A stretch of 64,000 nt of DNA from an uncultured bacterium (GTDB lineage Bacteria; Babelota; Babeliae; Babelales; Vermiphilaceae), in contig CAVTVH010000001.1 of assembly GCA_963738145.1 (NCBI GenBank), positions 569,011 to 633,010 of the forward strand. Reading direction: 5' to 3'. The translations under genes and the position numbers were made by a program. This document shows positions 28,384 through 38,671 of this stretch, piece after piece. Below the pieces are notes generated by a model that saw only the letters and a list, made by a program, of their open reading frames with translations, made no database searches and was not told the DNA's origin. Every line of letters starts with the position of its first letter. The stretch's first letter is position 1.

Positions 28384-28777
28384 ATCGGCTTGTTGAAGAA
28401 CTACTGCTCGAAGATAATGAGCTTGATGAAGATGATGGTGTGGTGTTTGGTGTATCTGTGAATCTTGCAAGAGAACCATGTGATGTTGTCATTGAGCCGT
28501 GTAATGGACTGTTTGTAGGGGTTGTTAGAGGAATTGCTGTAGGAGTTGCTTTAGGGGATCTTTTGGCTATTTCTCTAAGATTGCCATACATGACACGTGC
28601 TGTTTCTTGTCCGGTACGCGTCAGTACTCGGTGAGCAGAGTATACATACATCGGCGTTGGCGTGGCGAGGGGTGTGGTATGTCTGGATGTTTCTGGGGTG
28701 CTTGTTGAGGCTCCATACGCCCAAATATTGATTCCAGTAGATATCAAGAAAATAATAGCTCTATACTGTGTACTCAT
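28361..28777 (-). CDS. hypothetical secreted Ser/Thr/Pro-rich protein
   Basis: 138-aa ORF with a signal peptide and a low-complexity tail TPSSSSSSLSSSSSSSTS. Confidence 0.4.
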   Translation of the reverse strand: MSTQYRAIIFLISTGINIWAYGASTSTPETSRHTTPLATPTPMYVYSAHRVLTRTGQETARVMYGNLREIAKRSPKATPTAIPLTTPTNSPLHGSMTTSHGSLARFTDTPNTTPSSSSSSLSSSSSSSTSRFIFPVQS

Positions 28778-28866
28778 AAACGGCCTACTCTCTTTTTTTA
28801 AAAAACTTTAATTATATCTTGATTACTACCGTAGCATATTGCCAAAAAAAAATGCCAGCATTTGGA

Positions 28867-31481
28867 TTATAAAGGTTGTTCCGCAAGCCATTTTGTAAGA
28901 GCTGCTTCCAACTCAGGACCAAACACTCCGCCACCTTGTAATGTTGTAGCCGAGCCACCACCGCGGATGCCAAGACTATCTTTCAGCCATGTAGCAAACG
29001 AACGCATATCAATGCGCTTGCCTAATTCTGGCGCTAATAAGCAGAAAAAGAGTTGCTTGCCTTCAGTTGTGCTGCTGACAAAATAAAATCCTGGTTGTTT
29101 GGCGTTGAGTCGCGTGGCAATGTCGCGTAGCTCTTCATTGGAAAGATTCTCCTCCATAATAAATAGAAAATTGATGCCGTTAATTGGGGTACTACGTGAT
29201 TGCCATAGAGGAATTTTAGAATAGACTAATTGCTTTTTAACGGAGCGTAATTCTTCTTGCGTCTTTTTTAAAACATCTTGTTGTTTATGCACCGCTTCAA
29301 GCACATCTTCACGTTTTACTTTAAATTCTTGGCTGAGGTTTTTAACGGTATCAAAGCAATCCTGGAATAGCCCTATCGCCTTAGGCCCAGTCACGGCAAC
29401 GATGCGTTTATGGCCCGCAGCTAAGGAGCTAACATCTATGATTTTAAAAGCTCCAATAACACCGGTAGATGGCACATGTGTACCGCCGCATAACTCTGCA
29501 GAAAATCCTGGGATATCAACAAGCCGGACCTTTTCTGGATTATATTTATCGCCAAAAAATGCTAGAGCACCGCGGGTAACGGCTTCTTTCATCGACATAT
29601 ACGCAACGTTGAGTTGGATGTCTTCTCTAATCTTTTCGTTGACCAGATCTTCTATGCGTTTGATCGTTGCGGGAGCTAATGGGTCATGGCAGGTAAAATC
29701 AAAGCGTAAATAATCGGGGTGCACCAATGATCCTGACTGTTTTACTTGTTTGCCCAAGATTTCGATAAGTGCGGCTTGGAGCATGTGGGTGGCAGTGTGG
29801 TTCTTCATGGCATTGGTACGCCATACAGGATCAACCGTTGAAGTAACCGCCATGCCAATTTTAAGGTTAGTTGGCGCTACAATCTGTGGAGCAATTGCAT
29901 TGTTCATATACTGCACGCTAATGATCGGCGTTGTGTGATTGTCTATCGTTAAGGTTCCCTGATCAGGCACTTGGCCGCCGCCAACAATAAAAAAGGGGGA
30001 CTTTTGAGCGATAACAAAGCAGGATTGACCAGCAGTCACTGAGTCGACAACTTTTTGATTATGTACAAGAGCTAGTATAGTTGATGGCGTAGAAAGTTCG
30101 GTATATCCAGTGAATTCTGATACAAGCGCCGGATCTATGTCGACTTCAACTTCATGGGCGCCAGCTTTTTTGCCCGACTGCTCTTTTTGTTTGAGCATCT
30201 CTTGTTCAAAGCCCTTGGTATCCACCGTAAAGCCATGCTCACGTGCCATAATTTCAATCAGCTCGGAGGGGAACCCAAAAGTATCGTAGAGTTTGAATGC
30301 TTCTGTTCCGCTGACAACTTTATTTGTTTGATGTGCCGCAAAGTAGTTTTTTAACAGAGCATTACCGCGTACTAAGTTGGCGGAAAATTTATCGATCTCG
30401 CTTTTGAGGATTTCCAAAATGAGCGTAGCACTTGTTTTTAATTCTGGGTAAATGGCAGCAAAATCATCGACAACAACCGCTGATAGTTCAGGAAAAATAT
30501 TTTTATCAGTGAGCTTTTGAGTGAATAGGGCTGCGCGCCTGATGATTTTGCGCAGAACATAGCCGCGACCCTCATTTGAAGGAGCGCATCCATCAGCAAT
30601 GAGCATGGTTGATGAACGAATGTGGTCAGCTAATACATGGAAGGCTGCCTTAGTTGCAGCGTCTTGTTGGCTATAGGTTTTGCCTGTTAACTCTTCTATT
30701 TTACGGATAATGCCGGAAAAAAGGTCGGTTTCATAAACAGAATCTTTGTTTTGCAAGACTGGCACACAAACGTTCAAGGCCCATGCCAGTATCAACGCCC
30801 GTTTGACGCAAAGGTTTATCGGTGCCATCCGCTTGACGATCAAATTGCATAAATACGATATTCCAGAATTCTAAAAAGCGGTCACAATCACAGCCTGGAG
30901 CGCACTCAGCGGATCTGCAACCGAACGTGGTGCCGCGATCGATATACATTTCGGTACATGGGCCGCAAGGGCCAGTGTCGCCCATTTGCCAGAAGTTATC
31001 CTTGGCGCCAAGGCGATGGATACGTTCTTGGGGAATTGCCGATCATGGTGTGCCACAAGTTGTAGGATTCATCGTCTTGTGTGAATACAGAAACGTGAAT
31101 GTTGTCGGCTGCTATTTTGTAATCTTTAGTGATGAGTTCCCAGGCAAAGGTGATGGCCTCTTTTTTAAAGTAGTCGCCAAAGGAGAAGTTGCCCATCATT
31201 TCAAAAAAGGTGAGATGGCGTTTGGTGAATCCTACGTTGTCTAAATCGTTATGTTTGCCGCCGGCACGGACACATTTTTGAATAGAAACAGCGCGTTTGT
31301 AACTGCGCGTCTCTTTGCCAAAAAAAAGATCCTTGAACTGGTTCATGCCAGCATTGGCAAATAGCAGCGTAGGATCTTGTGCTGGTATAAGGGACGAACT
31401 GGCCACTTTTTCATGGCCATTGCGGATAAAGTAGTCGAAAAATTTTTTACGGACTTCTAGCGAATTCATATCTATTATCAC
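28867..31481 (-). pseudogene. alaS: alanine--tRNA ligase, split by two 1-nt frameshifts (near 31035 and 30760)
   Basis: Three collinear ORFs. 30996..31481 covers [22 protein letters not shown] and [16 protein letters not shown]. 30731..30985 covers [18 protein letters not shown] and FWNIVFMQF. 28867..30843 covers [13 protein letters not shown], the editing domain HTATHMLQ and the C-terminal domain. Confidence 0.9.
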
Positions 31482-31641
31482 CTTCGGTTAATAGTGTGTC
31501 CGAATAGTATACCGTAGCTGAAGGATGTGTAAAATTAGTGCTTTTTCTTTAATCTCGTAACCCCGGTGCAAGGGGGCTGTTTTGGGGTATACTAAAACAG
31601 ATGTAACCTATCACCTCTGTTTTAGTATAAGGAACGGCACC

Positions 31642-32379
31642 TTGAAAGTAACTATTGTCATACCTGCCCATAATGAAGAAAAACGATTAGCACGTACCTT
31701 GCGCCATTATATAGACTATTTTTCTTCACAACCATTTAGTACTGAGATTTTGGTAGTATTGAATGGTTGTAGCGATGGTACTTTGGCTCTTGTACAAGAA
31801 TTTCAACGGCGTTCATCCATGATTAACTTTCTCAACATAGCCGATTCAGGTAAAGGATTGGCCATTGCTCAAGGTTTTGCGCAGGCAGCTCTACAGAATA
31901 ATGATTATATAGGCTTTGTTGATGCAGATATGGCGACGGCGCCCCACTATTTTTGCGATCTTATAAAAAAAATTGGGCAGTTTGATGGTATTATTGCGAG
32001 TCGCTATATGAAGGGAGCTACGGTAGCACCGCCTCGGCCGTGGATTAAATATTGGGGAAGAAGGCTTGTCTACGACAATCTCGTCTATCTTCTTTTTTTT
32101 ATGAACTACAAAGATTTTCAATGTGGCGCGAAGCTCTTTACGCGAGAAACGATCGTTAAAATAGTTCCTCATTTAACGGTGAAGCAATGGGCCTTCGATG
32201 TAGAACTCCTCTATTTGGCAAAAAAGTTTGGTTTTAAGGTTAAGGAAATCCCTACCGTTTGGTGCGACCAAGACGACAGTAAATTAAAAATTATGCGTTC
32301 TGGAGTACGCATGCTTGGCTCAGTGGTTAAGTTACGCATACACCATTCACCTTTTGGGCGTTTTTTAAGTTCTAAGTAG
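31642..32379 (+). CDS. family 2 glycosyltransferase (polyprenyl-phosphate sugar transferase-like)
   Basis: VTIVIPAHNEEKRL, VLNGCSDGT and FVDADM. Start placed at TTG 31642 after AAGGAA. The longest ORF starts at 31582. Confidence 0.7.
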   Translation: MKVTIVIPAHNEEKRLARTLRHYIDYFSSQPFSTEILVVLNGCSDGTLALVQEFQRRSSMINFLNIADSGKGLAIAQGFAQAALQNNDYIGFVDADMATAPHYFCDLIKKIGQFDGIIASRYMKGATVAPPRPWIKYWGRRLVYDNLVYLLFFMNYKDFQCGAKLFTRETIVKIVPHLTVKQWAFDVELLYLAKKFGFKVKEIPTVWCDQDDSKLKIMRSGVRMLGSVVKLRIHHSPFGRFLSSK

Positions 32380-33076
32380 GATCTTGTCTGTTTGCCCTGA
32401 TCATGCATACATACACGGAACCTAAAGGGATCCATCGCATATACTTTTCTAAGGGGCGCAATAGACGCATGCATTGCGGGAAGAAAGAATAAAACAAAGA
32501 TTGTGTTGGGCCATATTTGCTCATCAATTGTTTTGTGGAGCGTGGCCGCATCATATGTGCATCTTTTTCATGAGGATTACGTCTAAAGGTATAAGCAGTG
32601 GCTGGGTTGTAGGGATTGAGCTCAAAAACGATAAGAGCCCCACCAGGTTTTAAAATACGCATGAGTTCTTGTAGGTAATGCTCATGCTCTTGAGGAGGGA
32701 TGTGATGGAAGGTCTCTGCGGCGTATATTAGATTAAAAGTAGCGTTGGAAAACTTAAGAATGTGACCTGATACAGAAAATGAAATAGTTGGATAGGCTAT
32801 TGTGGCAATTTCGATATGCTCAGCTGAGGGATCTATTCCATAGACGGTAGCTTGCGGTAATAAGGCGCCTACAAAAGAGGTCATGAGTCCATCCCCGCAC
32901 CCAAAATCTAAAATCTTTATAGACTTATTGTGTAGATGCGGGAACAACTCAGTAATTATAGTTGCTTTGTATTCGGCAAAAAAAGTAGCGGCTTCTCCTG
33001 AAAGTTCTCTGTTTTTTGCTACGAGTGCGTAGTAATTTTTAGTGAGATTTTTCTGTTCAGGCTTCACATGTGCCAC
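32372..33076 (-). CDS. class I SAM-dependent methyltransferase
   Basis: Motif I ILDFGCGDGLM and post-I/II regions. LKPGGALIVFELNP. Confidence 0.75.
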   Translation of the reverse strand: MAHVKPEQKNLTKNYYALVAKNRELSGEAATFFAEYKATIITELFPHLHNKSIKILDFGCGDGLMTSFVGALLPQATVYGIDPSAEHIEIATIAYPTISFSVSGHILKFSNATFNLIYAAETFHHIPPQEHEHYLQELMRILKPGGALIVFELNPYNPATAYTFRRNPHEKDAHMMRPRSTKQLMSKYGPTQSLFYSFFPQCMRLLRPLEKYMRWIPLGSVYVCMIRANRQDPT

Positions 33077-33085
33077 TACTATTCA

Positions 33086-33883
33086 TTATAAAATAACGCA
33101 GCGATTTCCTGGTATGGTGGCATCTTTTTCTACCATCCATAATGGAAGTTCTTGCGTAGAGGCGCAGCATCCATGAGCATTCTCAGGTGTGCATGAAAGT
33201 GTAATGTAATAGGATAGAGGGATCTCTTTGGATTCAAATTTTTTTATGTACACTTTTTTTATCTTATACGTAATGCCATCACTTATGCATAATTTGTTAA
33301 TAAGCTGTCTCGGATCGCTGAGTGCCATTTTTGCGTATAAATATGCTGCCGCAATATTGGGATATCTTGCTCCTTCGTGTTGTCCGATCGCATCCCATAT
33401 TGTTGTCAGACTTCCAGTATGTGTTCCAGCGTCAATTGCTCTTCTAGCGATTATATTTTCTTCATCGCGTTTATCAAGATCAATGGTGCCTATTGTTAAA
33501 GGAGCAGTGTAGTCTTCCCCGAGAAAAGCGGCGTAATCATGATCACCAACACTATCGTCAGATGATGATTTCACTAAAAGACCAATGGAGCCATCATCGC
33601 GTTTATCAAGATCAATGGTGCCTATTGTTAAAGGAGCAGTGTAGCCTTCCCCGAGAAAAGCGGCGTAATCATGATCACCAACACTATCTTCAGATGATGA
33701 TTTCACTAAAAGACCAATGGAGCCATCATTCATGCTGTGGAGCGAACTGTGTGAATCAACACTTGATGCGGAGACGAACCTTGTATCTCTTGCAAGTAAA
33801 TCTGACTTAGCAGCAGCGTTGCATATTCCATAATAGGAACTTGCTGTGAGCAGTAATGCAATAACGGTTAATTTTACCTTCAT
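33086..33883 (-). CDS. hypothetical secreted protein containing a 44-aa tandem duplication
   Basis: Signal peptide MKVKLTVIALLLTASSYYG. Two near-identical units DGSIGLLVKSSS.DSVGDHDYAAFLGE.YTAPLTIGTIDLDKRD. Confidence 0.45.
   Translation of the reverse strand: MKVKLTVIALLLTASSYYGICNAAAKSDLLARDTRFVSASSVDSHSSLHSMNDGSIGLLVKSSSEDSVGDHDYAAFLGEGYTAPLTIGTIDLDKRDDGSIGLLVKSSSDDSVGDHDYAAFLGEDYTAPLTIGTIDLDKRDEENIIARRAIDAGTHTGSLTTIWDAIGQHEGARYPNIAAAYLYAKMALSDPRQLINKLCISDGITYKIKKVYIKKFESKEIPLSYYITLSCTPENAHGCCASTQELPLWMVEKDATIPGNRCVIL
33463..33726. repeat. 132-bp tandem direct repeat, two copies, in-frame within the CDS
   Basis: Positions 33463-33594 and 33595-33726 differ at only a few bases by eye. Confidence 0.9.
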
Positions 33884-34036
33884 CTATAAACTCCTTTTTA
33901 TTAAAAAATTGCTTCATACTATCAAAAATCCACTTCTAATAATAATTCTATATGAAACTCTCTCCGCGTCAAACGGATGGGAAAAACCCTATGATTCCAG
34001 GTTTGGATTATTGCAGGCAGTAAAAATGGGTTGCTT

Positions 34037-35272
34037 TTAATAGATAGGGAATCGCTCGCATAATTTTTGGGCTTTTTTTGCAATATTCTGCAGATAAAGC
34101 CCATCATCTGCATGCATAAGTGCATCATCGATAAGCTCAACAATCTGTAAACATTCAGCCTGCCCCATGCCGCGCGTGGTTATAGCGGGAGTTCCTATGC
34201 GGATACCACTCGTGATCCAAGGTTTTTGTGTATCAAAAGGGATACAGCTACGACTAACGCTGATACCTGCAGTCGCAAGAGCCTGCTCTGCCTGAAGTCC
34301 TGTGCGATTTTTGGATTGTAAATCAAGGACAAAAAGATGGTTGTCAGTCCCCCCAGCAACTATTCTATAGCCGCGATCAATAAATTCTTGAGACATGGCC
34401 TGAGCGTTAGCAATTATTGCTTGTGCATAGGAAATAAAGGAAAACTGTAACGCCTCATGGAATGCGACTGCCTTGGCGGCAATACTGTGCATAAAAGGGC
34501 CGCCCTGCATGCCAGGCATAATAGTCTTGTCTATAAGATCGGCATACTCTTTTTTGCTCATAATGAGCCCACCGCGTGGCCCCCGTAACGTTTTATGGGT
34601 GGTGCTTGTTACAAAATCAGCATAGCCGATAGGTGAGGGATGTACTTGAGCAGCAATTAAACCTGCGATATGAGCTATATCAACCATCAAGAGAGCATTA
34701 ACAGCCTTTGCTATGGAAGAAAATCGTTCAAAATCAATAAAACGGGAATAAGCTGATGCGCCAGCTACAATTATTTTAGGTTTATGTTCATGGGCCAGAC
34801 GCTCAATTTCATCATAATCGAGCTGTTCTGTTTCCCTATTTACTTTGTATTGTACACATTTATAGATTTTTCCTGAAAAGTTGACCGTGTGGCCATGGGT
34901 AAGATGTCCCCCTTCGTTGAGGCTCATTCCTAAAAGTGTATCGCCTGGATTAAGAACTGCCATGTAGACGGCCATGTTGGCAGGAGATCCTGCGTGGGGC
35001 TGAACGTTGGCATGTTCGGCATTAAAGAGCTTTTTACAACGTTCTATCGCTAACAATTCAGCTTCATCTACATAGATACATCCACCGTAGTAACGTTTTC
35101 CGGGGTACCCTTCAGCATATTTATTGGTGAGAATCGATCCGGTTGCTTCAAGAACAGCTCTGGAAACGTAATTTTCCGAGGCAATAAGATTGATACTGTT
35201 TTGCTGACGCAAGGTCTCTTTTTGGATAACAGAAGCTATAACGGGGTCGGCGGATGTTATGGATTGCATCAT
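34037..35272 (-). CDS. glyA: serine hydroxymethyltransferase
   Basis: INLIASENY, YAEGYPGKRYYGGC and TSTTHKTLRGPRGG (PLP lysine). Start at MMQS after AAAGGAG. Confidence 0.92.
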   Translation of the reverse strand: MMQSITSADPVIASVIQKETLRQQNSINLIASENYVSRAVLEATGSILTNKYAEGYPGKRYYGGCIYVDEAELLAIERCKKLFNAEHANVQPHAGSPANMAVYMAVLNPGDTLLGMSLNEGGHLTHGHTVNFSGKIYKCVQYKVNRETEQLDYDEIERLAHEHKPKIIVAGASAYSRFIDFERFSSIAKAVNALLMVDIAHIAGLIAAQVHPSPIGYADFVTSTTHKTLRGPRGGLIMSKKEYADLIDKTIMPGMQGGPFMHSIAAKAVAFHEALQFSFISYAQAIIANAQAMSQEFIDRGYRIVAGGTDNHLFVLDLQSKNRTGLQAEQALATAGISVSRSCIPFDTQKPWITSGIRIGTPAITTRGMGQAECLQIVELIDDALMHADDGLYLQNIAKKAQKLCERFPIY

Positions 35273-35424
35273 TGGTAGCTCCTTTATGGGTAAAAGCGAC
35301 AGAGAGATGATACAAGGCTTCATTGTAGTACTATTTCATGGTCGGTCAATGGCCGCTTGTTATTTTGTCTCACTTTTTTATACTTACAATAAATATAAGT
35401 TTTCTCTTATTGAAGGGGTACTTC

Positions 35425-35991
35425 GTGATATCAACGTCGGATTTAAGAAAAGGTACTAAAATTCTCTACAATGCAGAGCCCTATATAGTTGTTGATTTTC
35501 AGCATGTTAAACCAGGAAAAGGCGGCGCGTTTGTACGTACCAAAATGAAAAATCTCATTTCTGGCCTTATTCGTGAAGAAACTTTCCGTTCTGGAGAGAA
35601 GTTCCCCGCACCAGACCTTGAAACAAAACAGATGCAATACTTGTATAAAGATGACGATCTCTACCACTTTATGGATCAGGATAGTTTTGAACAAACTACG
35701 TTAAATAAACATCAAGTAGAAGATGTGCTTTCCTTTTTAAAAGAACAAGAAGTTTATCAAGTGCTCTACTTTTCAGAGCGTCCTATAGCAGTAACGCCAC
35801 CAATGTTTATGGAGCTTAAGGTAGTTGAGGCTTCGCCGGGAGTTCGTGGTGATACAGCCCAAGGCGCAGCAAGCAAGCCAGTTACCTTGGAAACGGGTCT
35901 TGTTATGCAAGTTCCCCTCTTTATTAACGAAGGGGACTATCTCAAGATAGATACCAGAACATCAGAGTATATAGAACGGGTTAAGAAGTAA
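35425..35991 (+). CDS. efp: elongation factor P
   Basis: ISTSDLRKGTKILYNAEPYIVVDFQHVKPGKGGAFVRTKMKNL. GTG start at 35425 after GAAGGGG gives a ~188-aa product typical of EF-P. Confidence 0.9.
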   Translation: MISTSDLRKGTKILYNAEPYIVVDFQHVKPGKGGAFVRTKMKNLISGLIREETFRSGEKFPAPDLETKQMQYLYKDDDLYHFMDQDSFEQTTLNKHQVEDVLSFLKEQEVYQVLYFSERPIAVTPPMFMELKVVEASPGVRGDTAQGAASKPVTLETGLVMQVPLFINEGDYLKIDTRTSEYIERVKK

Positions 35992-36009
35992 TAAAAAGTG
36001 GGGGAAATT

Positions 36010-36507
36010 ATGTTAAGGGCTTCAGATAATTCAAAAGACGTGCCTCAGATTGATGATGTGGACGAAGTAAGCGAGCATCAATCGTACGCAAATTTAACAC
36101 GGCGCGACATGCGTTCTCTTATTTTTCATCTTCTCTACGCCATGGAATCGTACGAATATAGTGCAGTACTGCGTGATATAGTTGATGCCTTTAATACCGG
36201 TTTTGATTTTGATATCCCTCATGATGGCCAAGCTGTCGTGATAACGCAAGAAATTATCGATACGCGTGATGCATTGGATGAACGCATTAAGCCTTATTTG
36301 CATAATTGGCGCTTTGAACGCATTGGCCAAAGCACAAAACTTATCTTGCGTATGGCAATGTGGGAACTCCAACAACCCGATGCAATTCCCAGTGTTGTGA
36401 TCAACGAAGCAGTTGAGCTTGCCAAATGTTTTGCCGAAAAAGATGCCTATAAGTTTGTGAATGGTATTTTGGATGAAGCAGTTAAGGCTTCTGTGGTTTC
36501 CGAGTAA
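36010..36507 (+). CDS. nusB: transcription antitermination factor NusB
   Basis: RRDMRSLIFHLLYAME.., W.FERIGQSTKLILRMAMWEL and VVINEAVELAK.F....YKFVNGILD. Confidence 0.85.
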   Translation: MLRASDNSKDVPQIDDVDEVSEHQSYANLTRRDMRSLIFHLLYAMESYEYSAVLRDIVDAFNTGFDFDIPHDGQAVVITQEIIDTRDALDERIKPYLHNWRFERIGQSTKLILRMAMWELQQPDAIPSVVINEAVELAKCFAEKDAYKFVNGILDEAVKASVVSE

Positions 36508-37258
36508 ACACCACTGCCAGATGGCGTATCAAGCGATCATCTTCTTGCAAAATATCTTTGCGTCGTCTATCAATTTCTATTTTTGGTTCAGAGTTTGTGA
36601 GCGTCAGGTAGTAATCCTGTGCCCAATCAAAGTTATTAGTTTGTGCATACGCGTGTAACCACGGAATCCAGTGTGCAATCAACGGATCGCGCATATCGGT
36701 ATGATCGGGTTCACTGTTTTTTAAGCATAACCGAATATTAGCAATTCGTTCGTGCTGAGGATATACACGGCCAAATATACCCATCACTGGTTGTACAAAA
36801 TCATTACATGAAAACAAATTATAAAAATAGTTAATGCGATTCATAGGTGGCATGTAGTGGTTACAATTGACCGGCACGGCTAAAGCAAAAAATGCTTCTA
36901 CTTTTTGGGGAGCTTGTTGCCGCTCCAATTCTTGGCACGCCACAATACCTACATTTGCGCCATGGCTATGGCCAATAAGGTAGATATGATCAAGGCTATC
37001 GTAACGTTGTAGATAACGGGCAACATCTTTACCGGCTTGTGCACGACTTGGAAAATCTGCATTGCCAGACCACGGTATATGAACAACATGTGCATGAAAA
37101 GGTGTACTGCTTTTTTGTAAAGCTACAAAAAAAGCTCCGCCCAGTTGGTGCCAGGAACTTGTACGTGCCCATGTGCCATGGATGATGACATACACTGTTT
37201 GATGCGTGAGTGTAAATGTGGAGAGAATTGTTAAACACGCAGCAAAAATCTTATGCAT
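36482..37258 (-). CDS. alpha/beta-hydrolase (lipase/esterase-like), exported
   Basis: Signal peptide MHKIFAACLTILSTFTL, VYVIIHGTW and nucleophile elbow GHSHG. Subfamily not resolved. Confidence 0.6.
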   Translation of the reverse strand: MHKIFAACLTILSTFTLTHQTVYVIIHGTWARTSSWHQLGGAFFVALQKSSTPFHAHVVHIPWSGNADFPSRAQAGKDVARYLQRYDSLDHIYLIGHSHGANVGIVACQELERQQAPQKVEAFFALAVPVNCNHYMPPMNRINYFYNLFSCNDFVQPVMGIFGRVYPQHERIANIRLCLKNSEPDHTDMRDPLIAHWIPWLHAYAQTNNFDWAQDYYLTLTNSEPKIEIDRRRKDILQEDDRLIRHLAVVFTRKPQKP

Positions 37259-37556
37259 GTGGCGTGTAGTTACCAGACAACTGGCAAGCAGTTGCAATAA
37301 GATCACATTTGATATGTCGCGCGCAAGTCCATGCCGCAGCATCATTGTGCCCTAGGAGGGCCTGCATCTGAATTTGCCGCTCTTGATGAGGAAGATCACG
37401 TGTCGAGGCCCAACATTGAATACCTCGATCAAAGGCTGCTTGCATTTGATATTTAACATTCTGAAGTTGCCGTTGTTGTTGATAAGAAAGATTGTGTGCT
37501 GCTTGTATGTGTATGAAAACAGAACTGAGTAACAAGATTGTTTGCAATCTTTTCAT
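37251..37556 (-). CDS. small secreted hypothetical protein
   Basis: Signal peptide MKRLQTILLLSSVFIHIQA followed by a Gln-rich mature part. Confidence 0.3.
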   Translation of the reverse strand: MKRLQTILLLSSVFIHIQAAHNLSYQQQRQLQNVKYQMQAAFDRGIQCWASTRDLPHQERQIQMQALLGHNDAAAWTCARHIKCDLIATACQLSGNYTPHA

Positions 37557-37719
37557 AGGATTATCCTTTGAAATGAAGGGAAGAATATTTCTTTGCAAAC
37601 GTTAAGAACGTGTAGATGTAATCAGCTGTATATTATCCAATTATGAGTGAAGCTGTCTAGAAGTTTTTGATAAGAGTGAGCAAGGCCAAGCAATATCTAC
37701 ATGCTTGGCCTACCCGATT

Positions 37720-37941
37720 TTAGAGAGGGTTACTTCGATTTAACCATGTTAATGCAGCTCTGCGTCGTTGTTGGCCGGTAAGAGTACGTAAATACGACCA
37801 TGTAATTACACGTGATTGGTAATTATTATGTGTTGCGAGCATGTATTGAGTCTGTCTTTGGCGAAGTTGCGCATTATGTTTGGTTGCATGGAGTGCCGTG
37901 CATATGCAGCTTATGATAAGCGCTGTGTGTATTATTTTCAT
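37720..37941 (-). CDS. small secreted hypothetical protein
   Basis: Signal peptide MKIIHTALIISCICTALHA followed by a Gln/Arg-rich mature part. Confidence 0.3.
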   Translation of the reverse strand: MKIIHTALIISCICTALHATKHNAQLRQRQTQYMLATHNNYQSRVITWSYLRTLTGQQRRRAALTWLNRSNPL

Positions 37942-37953
37942 AGGGATTCTCAT

Positions 37954-38346
37954 CTAACCATTAAAGAATGGGAGAACATTACCTGCTAGGTTGTAAGCAT
38001 TATTAAAAAAACTGATATTTTGATTCCTTCTTTTGGTTGAATCCGTTAGGTAATTCCATGCAGAACTGCCCAGGGGTTTTACAAAATTACGTACGAGGGG
38101 ATCGCGAGTACCATTGTCTACAACAAGTAATGAGGCAAAGAAGACGAGTGCTCCCGCTTTTCTTGGATTTTCCTTTGCCCATTCGGTAAGCGTGAGTTCT
38201 TTGGTTGTAGCTGGCTTGCTGCCGGTAAGCACTGACCAAGCTTTGCGTGTGCTTACAACACCAAAAATCGTGACGCCTTGTAGCGATAATGGTGCCCAGA
38301 GCAGTAGGCAGAACAAGGCGCGATTATAGATCATATTGTTTTTCAT
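37954..38346 (-). CDS. small secreted or membrane hypothetical protein
   Basis: 130-aa ORF with a signal peptide and one internal hydrophobic helix. Confidence 0.35.
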   Translation of the reverse strand: MKNNMIYNRALFCLLLWAPLSLQGVTIFGVVSTRKAWSVLTGSKPATTKELTLTEWAKENPRKAGALVFFASLLVVDNGTRDPLVRNFVKPLGSSAWNYLTDSTKRRNQNISFFNNAYNLAGNVLPFFNG

Positions 38347-38370
38347 ACAATGACTCCTGTAAATAGATAG

Positions 38371-38580
38371 TTATTTAGATTGTCGAGCTCGTAGAGTAGC
38401 TATATAAAGACCATTGCCTCTTCTTAATTGGTTGAGGAATGAGGAATTGCTGTGTCTTCTTGCTACGAACATACCGGCCATCGCTTTTGGCGGTGTATGG
38501 CGGCAGTAGTTGAATTTGTCTCGTGCATTGATGGAAAGAATGGTGCAGCATACCAGGAGAGTTTTGTAGAATAACTTCAT
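38371..38580 (-). CDS. small secreted hypothetical protein
   Basis: Signal peptide MKLFYKTLLVCCTILSINA followed by a basic mature part. Confidence 0.3.
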   Translation of the reverse strand: MKLFYKTLLVCCTILSINARDKFNYCRHTPPKAMAGMFVARRHSNSSFLNQLRRGNGLYIATLRARQSK

Positions 38581-38671
38581 AAAAAACTCCTTATAAAGAT
38601 AATTGGGCAACAGTTTTTAAATACACTGTCGCCCAACATACTAATTTACTGCACGTATGTATAGATTTTTG

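Noticed and set aside
33463-33726. A repeat structure that could have been a CRISPR-like array.
   Set aside because: There are only two 132-bp units, directly abutting with no spacers, and they are in frame within a long ORF. This is a coding tandem duplication, not a CRISPR array.
38611-38671. The hairpin GGGCAACAG..CTGTCGCCC as a rho-independent terminator for ndk.
   Set aside because: The stem has a mismatch and is not followed by a T-tract on the minus strand. It is kept only as a weak possibility and is not listed as a feature.
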